Shown: piece after piece, positions 59,596-64,000 of the stretch
Layout of the letters: each line of letters begins with the position of its first letter
Position numbering within the stretch: position 1 is the first letter of the stretch
DNA from: the human T2T-CHM13v2.0 reference genome, Homo sapiens
Assembly (NCBI RefSeq): GCF_009914755.1
Contig: NC_060945.1
Length of the DNA stretch: 64,000 nucleotides
Direction: 5' to 3' (one strand)
Made by a program: the position numbers and the translations under genes
The notes under the pieces: model-generated
The model's database searches: none
Told to the model about the DNA's origin: nothing
Seen by the model: the letters and a program-made list of their open reading frames with translations, nothing else

Positions 59596-61894
59596 TTGAT
59601 TTCTTTCCTGGCTAGCTTGTTATTAGTTTACAGAAAAGTATGTTAAATTTTATCAAATGCTTTTCTTCTGCAACTATGGAGATGATCATACAGTTTTTGT
59701 TCTCCATTCTATTGATGTGTTGTATACATTTATTGATTTGCATATGTTAAACCATGCATACATGCGTGTTACAAACCCCATTAGTCATGGTGTGTTCTCT
59801 TTTTGATGTTTTATTGGATTCTATTTGCCAGTAATTTTTTTTTTTTTGAAGATTTCTGCATCTGGCTCATCCCGGATGTTAGACTATAATTTTCTTTTCT
59901 ATGTGTATCCTTATCTGATTTTGGTATCAAGGTAATGCTGGATTTGCAGAAGAAATTAGAAATAAAAATTCCCTCTTCTTTAATTTTTTGGGGTAGTTTT
60001 AGAAGAAATCAAGTTCGTTCTGTAAATATTGATAGAATTCAGCAGGAAAGCCATGCCATGCTGCCAGGGTTTTCTTTGTTGAAAGAATTTTTATCACTGA
60101 GTCAGTCTCAGCACTCATATAATAACCTGTTCAAGTTTTCTATTCCTTTTTGGCTCAATCTTTATAAGTTATATGTGTCCAGGAAGTTTTCCATTTCCTC
60201 TAGGTTTTCCAATTGTTAGTGTATAGTTGTTCATAATAATCTCTAATAATTCTTTGTATTCCTGTGGTATCAGTTGTAATGTCTTCACTTTTTATTTTAT
60301 TTACTTGGGTCTTCTTTCTTTTACCCTTAGTCTATATAATTGTTTGCCAATTTTGTTTATCTTTCCAAAAAACTTATTATGTTATTAATCTTTTTGTTAT
60401 TTTTATATCTATTTCCTTTAATTCACCCTTAGCTTTATTCTTTCTTTCCTTCTGCTAACTTTGAGTTTGGTTTGTTCTTGCTTTTCTAGTTCATTGTGGT
60501 GCATCATTAGGTTGTTTATTTGAAATCTTTCTACTTTTTTGATATATTTATAATTATTAATTGCTTCTTCTGAATCCCATAGGCTTTTGTATGTCACCTT
60601 TCTATTTGCATTTGTTTTTAAGGCATTTTAAAATTTTATTCCTAAATTCCGTATAGACTCGTTGGTTGTTCAGAGCATGTTGTTTAATTGCCATGTATTT
60701 GTACCATTCACAAAGTTCTTCTGGTTATTGATTTCTAGTTTTATTTCATTGTGGTCAGAGAATATACTTATATTATTTCCATGATTTAAAATTTTTTGAG
60801 ACTTGTTTTGTAGCCTAACATATGGTCCATCCTAGAGAATATTCCATGTGATGAGAAATAAATGTATTCTATAGCTGTTGGATGAGGTGTTCTGTGAATG
60901 TCTGTTAGGTCCATTTGGTCTAGAGTATAGTTTAACTGATGTTTCTTTGTTGATTTTCTATCTAAATGATCTGTCCAATGCTGAAAGTGGAGCAGTGAAG
61001 TTCCCAACTGTTATTATATGGTTTTCTATCTTTCTCTGTAGCTCTAATAATATTTGCTTTATATAATCTGGGTGCTCCAGTATTGGATGCATATATATTT
61101 ACCATTGTTATATCCTCTAGCTGGATGGATTTCCTTATTATTACATAATAAACTTTACTGTGTCTATTTTTGTTTTCTGACTTCTACATATTTTTGGTTT
61201 ATGTTTGCATGGATTATCTTTTTCCATCCCTTTACTTTTAGTCTATGTGTGTCTTTACAGATTTTTCTTGTAGGCAGCATATAGTTGGGTCTTTTTAAAT
61301 TTATCTAGCAAATCCATGTGTTTTTATTGGAGAACTGATACTGTTTACATTCAAGATTGTTATCGATAGACAAGAACTTATTCCTATCATTTTGTTAATT
61401 GTTTTATATATCTTTTGTTCTATTATTCTTCTCTTATTGTTTACTTTTGTGGTTTGGTCGTTTTCTTTAGTGATAACATTTGATTCCTTTCTCTCTCATT
61501 TGTGCATCTGCTCTGCAAATGTATTTTATAATTTGTGTGTTTTCACCATGGCAGACATTGTTCTTTCACTTCAATATGAAGATTCCCTTAAGAATTTCTT
61601 ATAGAGCTGTTCTAGTGGTGATAAATTTCCCTAGTTTTTGCTCATCTGGGAAAGAGTTTTTCCTCTTTCATTTCTGAAGGATAGTTTTGTGAGATATAAT
61701 ATTCTTGACTGGCAATTTTTTTTGAACTTTGAATATATCATCCTATTCTCTCCTGGATGATGAGGTTTCTGCTGAAAAGTATGCTATTAGTCTGATAGGG
61801 ATTCCCTTATGTTTGACTTGATGCTTTTCTCTTGCTGTTTTTAGAATTCTCCCTTTCATTTTTACTTTTCAAAGCTTAAGTATGATGTGCCCCC

Positions 61895-62244
<350 letters not shown>

Positions 62245-62437
62245 TGAATTTTTAAGCTTTCTGTATCTGAAAGTCTGCTTTTTTCTCCAATACTTGGGAA
62301 GATTTTTAGCTATTATTTCATTAAATAAGTTTGCTATGACTTTTTCAGTCCAATCTCTTGACTTTCTGAGACTCCCAAAATGTGCACTTAATGGTGTCTC
62401 ACATGTCATATAAGGTTTCTGCATTCTTTTTCTCTCT

Positions 62438-62473
62438 CTTTTTATTTTATTTTATTTTATTTTATTTTATTTT
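62438..62473. repeat. (TTTTA)n
   Basis: Read directly. Confidence 0.9.
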
Positions 62474-64000
62474 GCCTGACTGGATTATTTCAAAAGATGT
62501 TTCTTCAAGTTCCCCAAATCTTTTTTTTCTGCTTGTTCTACTCTATGGTTGAACCCCCAGTTGTATTTTTTAGTTTTATTCATTAAGTTATTTAGTTCCG
62601 ATATTTCAGTTGGTACTTTTATATGATTATATATATAGAAGTTCTAACTCATGTGATGATCATTTTCCTAATTTCTTTGTATTGTCTACGTGTGTTTTCT
62701 TGTATTGCACTGCATATCCTTAAGATCATCACTTTGAATTCCTTTTCAGGCATTTTATAGCTGTTCCCTTCTTTGGAGTCTCTTAAAGGACAGTTACTGT
62801 GTTCCATTGGAGAAGTCACGTTTCTTTGATTTTTCATGTTTATTGTGTCTCTGCATTGATATATGTGCATCTGGTGAAATTGCTGCTTACTTTAATGTTA
62901 CGGAGTCACCTTCATAGGAAAAGACGTTTTCTGTAGATATATCTATAACATTAGTTTGGTAAGGTGCCTAACTTTGTTTTGGGTGGGCACAGTACTGTAG
63001 TATCTATATTATTTCTTCAGTTGTAATCACCGTCAGCAGTGTCTTCAAGTTTTTTAGTGGCTTAGGTTGTAGTTGTTTATGGAGCTTTGGGGCAGTTTTG
63101 CTGGTGATGGAGATGCGGGGTGGGTGGATCCTTGAGCCCCTGGGAGGCATGTGACATTTCTGTTGCTTGAGAGGGTGGGGCTAATGTCAGTGGCAGTGGC
63201 TTCAGTCAGGTGGCTCTGATTCTTGGGAACATGTGCTTTGTCCTGGGGGCAGCCTCCCTAATGCACTGGACCACCTGTTCCCTGGTGTGTAGGGCCATGC
63301 ATCAACTCGGATGCCAGGGACTCAGCTGTATCAATAGGTCTAGCTGGTATACCAGTGCAGCAGAGGACCTCAGGAATATGGAGATGCAGGGGCTATTGGG
63401 CCAAGGCAGAGTGTAATCTCTGATGGCTCTGCTCTCAAAATGGTGCTATGCTGCAGCAGCCTGGGTCTTGGGGGTGGGGAAGACCTATATTGACTTTCCC
63501 CACAAATGATTGCAGGCATTGGTGGTAGAAATGTAGATGCTAGGGATCTCCAACTCACCTTTTCCTCTCAATGAGATGTTGCTCTTGGCTCCGAGCCTAT
63601 CTTAGCTGGCTGCTTCACTTTCCTCTTCCTGCTGCCATTGTGAGTTTCTGTATCCCACAGGGTCTGTGCCACTTCTTTGCTGAGTTTTGTTGTTCTCCTT
63701 TACATTCTCTATTTTACCTGTGGTTATTTGGGTCCTTCTTTGTGAAGGAGGCAAGAGCTGGGTGCCTCTAGTCACCCATCTTGATGGCACAGAGCTTTCT
63801 GTTTATACCTGTGGCAGAAAAATGTTTTATTATTTTTGATTTGGGACAAGGTAGCAAAGTGAAAAAGGTCACCTCTCAATCTATGCATGACTTTAAGCAT
63901 GTCACTTAATATCTCTGCGCTTCAGCTTGAAGCCTCTGTGCTTGGATGTGTTCTGCTGAAAATTCTTGCATCTGTGGAATTCTATGATCCTAGGGCATGC

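Overview
AT-rich, repeat-dense primate (hominoid, most likely human) genomic DNA with no recognisable host protein-coding exon, RNA gene or CRISPR array. All recognisable protein-like ORFs derive from LINE-1 ORF1/ORF2/ORF0, or are Alu/microsatellite read-throughs. Roughly half of the window is transposable element: L1PA7, L1PA7/8, L1PA2/3, L1PA8, L1MA4, L1MA10, L1MC and L1ME copies, about 12 Alu pieces, a solo HERV-W LTR17, MaLR/ERVL LTRs, MER DNA transposons, MIR and L2. Subfamily names come from my recall of consensus diagnostics, not a database run. Main structural observations: (1) four separate twin-primed (5'-inverted) L1 insertions, each with its own candidate TSD and all with the poly(A) end on the minus strand. 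One has an inverted arm reaching the L1 5' terminus with an ORF0-like frame, and one has only the poly(A) tail as its non-inverted part. (2) A three-level nest, MLT2B > MER47A > MSTA. (3) A recurring set of short templated inverted/direct duplication scars, including a perfect 22-bp hairpin. (4) Weak evidence for a spliced + strand non-coding transcript near 43.2-44.8 kb. I found no convincing undescribed biological system; the findings are unusual instances of known mechanisms or testable hypotheses.
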